NCBI GenBank assembly: GCA_016748015.1
Contig: JAAOMT010000401.1
Span: 1-10,259, forward strand
Direction: 5' to 3'
Origin: Geosiphon pyriformis uo1
Lineage: Eukaryota > Fungi > Glomeromycota
DNA length: 10,259 nucleotides
Within the stretch, counting starts at the first letter, position 1. Each line of letters begins with the position of its first letter. The translations under genes were made by a program, and so were the position numbers. The notes beneath the pieces were generated by a model. The model saw only the letters and a program-made list of their open reading frames with translations. It was not told the DNA's origin and made no database searches. Positions 7,355 through 10,259 of the stretch are shown in pieces.

Positions 7355-9867
7355 GATTGGACCTTCCAGAGCTGGTAGTAGTTGTGTATGTTCAAGTCAA
7401 TAGGGTCCTGGGGGGCATAGTACCTACTTTTACGTGGTACAATGGCACTCCATAATGGTCCTACTGTCCTTACCATTATACCCGGTAAGCATAGAAAGAA
7501 TGTTACTATCCTTTATAGGGTAGATTGGCGGACAGTCTAGGGGGCTCTCCCGACCAGAATTCTGATTTTAGAATGGACTTATCCTACTCTCAGCCTCCCT
7601 GGACTGATAAGTAGAGCCATTATGATCTATTCAAGGTTGGTTATAGGGTACAGAGGCCATCTTAATAGCTCCCAACAGCTAGGACGACAAACTCCTTAGT
7701 AAGGAGCGTCTCCATGAATGTACTGGGTTCTATGCTTATTCCTTGTAGGCAACCATAATGGTTACGAACAAAGGTTACTGGATTGGTTGGGGGTGGGGAG
7801 GTCTGGTTGGAAGAATTATGGGTAACCTCTAGATCTATCTTAGCAAAATACCCAACATTCTATTTACTGCCTGGCTAGTGGAATTCACTAGGTCAGACAC
7901 CAAATTCCACAACCCCAAAAGTGGGATTATGGCTATGATATAGCTACAAGGTTCAGTACAAATCGTACCTAAGTACCTTACTAACCATTTGGTACCCGAT
8001 AGGTAGAGTGCCACACTGCCCTTAAAATCAAATTATGGGCAAGCAGGCTATCACCAAGTACCCTCAGGCAGTTTGGTACTGCAGATGGGGGCAAACGGGG
8101 ACAGGGGTGGGAGGCTATAGCCACTACCAGCTTTATCTCCCGAATTGGGATGGGAGGCTAGCTAGGGCCCCCATGGGTATGGGGCTATCGGTAGTCAATA
8201 ACACCAAGGATTGGTGAGTGCTTAGAGGGCCCGATACGAGTAGGAAGTGTTCCCTACTTGCAGATCGCCAGAAGCCCCCCTTTTTCCCGCATACACTACT
8301 GTATGTACCACATGAACCCTAAGCCCTATGGAGGACTCAGTGTACCTATGGTAGGGTCAGCGATACCTAAAGGTCATACCCCCATTGGCCAAGGGATCTA
8401 CCTACGTATTAACTACTGCAGTCCATCAAAAGGGACCTAAGGGGTGACAGCCTTTGTTTGTTTATGACTACCCCAGTTCAGGATTAAAGGGGGTTTATGA
8501 GGTTGCTTCCCTAAAGCATGGTCCCATAGTCTCTGTTCCACTGCTCTTAGGATACCCACATTCAATGGGAATGCCTAAGTATAGTTCCTACGTTGGTAGC
8601 AGTGTGCATAGCTATAGACCGGTCTTATGGGTACCTGTACCATACGGACGTATGGTAGGTCCCCCATCACTGTAGGACTATCTCAAGCCTCCCATTATGG
8701 GGAGAGCAGATTGGTATGTTTATACCGAGATAGTAAACACTGCCATTGATGGGAAGTATTACAGTAGGTGGATAGCCTACCAGCCTGTCTATCTCCCCAG
8801 GTACGCCTAAACATCCATTTCTGGACGAATAGAGTACTTGGTAAGATTCTAACCGCTCACCCATAAGGATGGAACGGTTGAGCAGAGGTCCATAGGTGTA
8901 ATACCCTATTGGCCTTTGCTTCATAGGACAGGGGACATGTGTTACCTGTGGGATAGGATACCCTTCGATGTCTTCCAGACATCTTAGGGGCTGGAACGGA
9001 GACTGATACCGGGGACGCAAAGCCTGGGTGGTGGGGGGACCACCGCAGACTCTGAATCCTGCGGGATCCTCCCCATCACAGACTACCTACTTAGATCACT
9101 ATTGTTTCTCTCTAGGCCAAGGGAGTATGGTGGCTTAAGTCTATCCTCTTATTGAACAGGGAATCCCTAAAGTGTAGAACTCTAATGGTAAGGTTTACCA
9201 TATCACAGGGTTAGTAGACCAGTAGGTATTAGACATCTCTCCTTCCAAAGGAGGAAGGGATATCTTGTAAGGGGTCAGTAGTGCTAACAGCCTACATGAC
9301 TATACCAATCAATGGTTAGAAGTATGGCACTAGTACCAGTACACCCAATGTGTACCAATCCGTGACATATCCTCCCTTACCATTCAATGGGGTGGAGCGG
9401 ATGGGAGGACTGTGTCCTTTATAAACAAGGATTTGCTAGAAACCCTAGCTATGGAGCCAAGGAACTCAACCAACCCCCGTTTAGAGGTCCACCCATAGGG
9501 GAGCGGAGACCTTAGGGATCCCTCCTCCAACCACACTTCCCTTACATTTCTACCCTACTTAATTAACTACTGAGTCCAATAGGAAGGGTTCCTACCCAAT
9601 CAACTGTTGGGTCATCTGAGTACTAAAGCAATGATGTAGGCTATTATATTCCTAACAATCAAAGCTGAGTGGGCTACACATACAGTCGGTAATGGATAGT
9701 CCAGTTGATGCCCTACGGCTTATACTAACCTACTCTTAGGCGTATCCCGTACGGATCTACTGGTTATCTTCCCCAATTCCGAATTTGGGCATGTAGAGTA
9801 CATGAATCAGATACCAAATAGTTGTGTTGGATGGACTCAATTCCTGGATAATCACGATTGTGATTAG
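7355..9867 (+). ncRNA. Redundant second read of paralog A
   Basis: Matches 50-2562 at +7305. Confidence 0.72.
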
Positions 9868-10259
9868 AGTTGGATCTACCTAGGGAGTTCAATAGAGTTA
9901 GATGTTCAAGTCGAATAGGGTCCTGGGTACGGGATCGTGGGGATCTGTACGGAATCCAGAAGGGTCATACCGTACTAATAATCAGATTGGTATGGAAAGA
10001 ATGGTATTGGTTGGGCTATGTACTTCCAGCAAGGATTCTCCCGACCATAGTACTTGAGTCACGTATGGACACCGATGTATTGATAACCCTTTACCAACAA
10101 TCATGCCCACATATGACTATTTAAAGGTTGGCATCGGGACGTAGGCCCCCCACGGCATTGTGCGTCAAGCACTCTGGACCGATGGGTTAGGATAGCCGAT
10201 CTAACTCAAAGCTTATTCCTTGGTATAAACAGTGTGGTTCTAACGAAGGTAGGGGGGGG
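9868..10259 (+). ncRNA. Redundant partial read of the 5' part of paralog B (truncated by window end)
   Basis: Matches 2563-2954 at +7305. Confidence 0.7.

Larger units (their letters stand above)
7306..10259 (+). repeat. Second copy of the 2,954-nt direct repeat (wrap-around of a 7,305-nt monomer)
   Basis: Apparently identical to 1-2954 at offset 7305. Confidence 0.97.

Noticed and set aside
1454-8789. CRISPR array suggested by a recurring 31-nt partly palindromic repeat
   Set aside because: The copies are ~2.4 kb apart inside homologous sequence, with no unique short spacers and no cas genes.

Overview
This window has no credible protein-coding gene. Bases 1-2954 recur at 7306-10259 (offset 7305), so it reads about 1.4 times around a 7,305-nt circle or tandem unit. 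That monomer is built from three head-to-tail, strongly diverged paralogs of a ~2.4-2.5 kb non-coding module: A 50-2562, B 2563-4967 and C 4968-7354. Many short conserved blocks keep the same order in all three, separated by frame-breaking indels. Many local and long-range helices keep their base pairing while their sequence changes between copies, and the G-U pairs mostly favour the + strand. The best reading is a very large (~2.1-2.4 kb), multi-domain structured RNA present as a divergent trimer on an ORF-less, probably circular element. I do not recognise the family: it is not a canonical rRNA, group I/II intron, small self-cleaving ribozyme or rod-like viroid. All alignments and folds were done by eye. 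Whether the molecule is DNA or RNA, its host and its function cannot be determined from the sequence.
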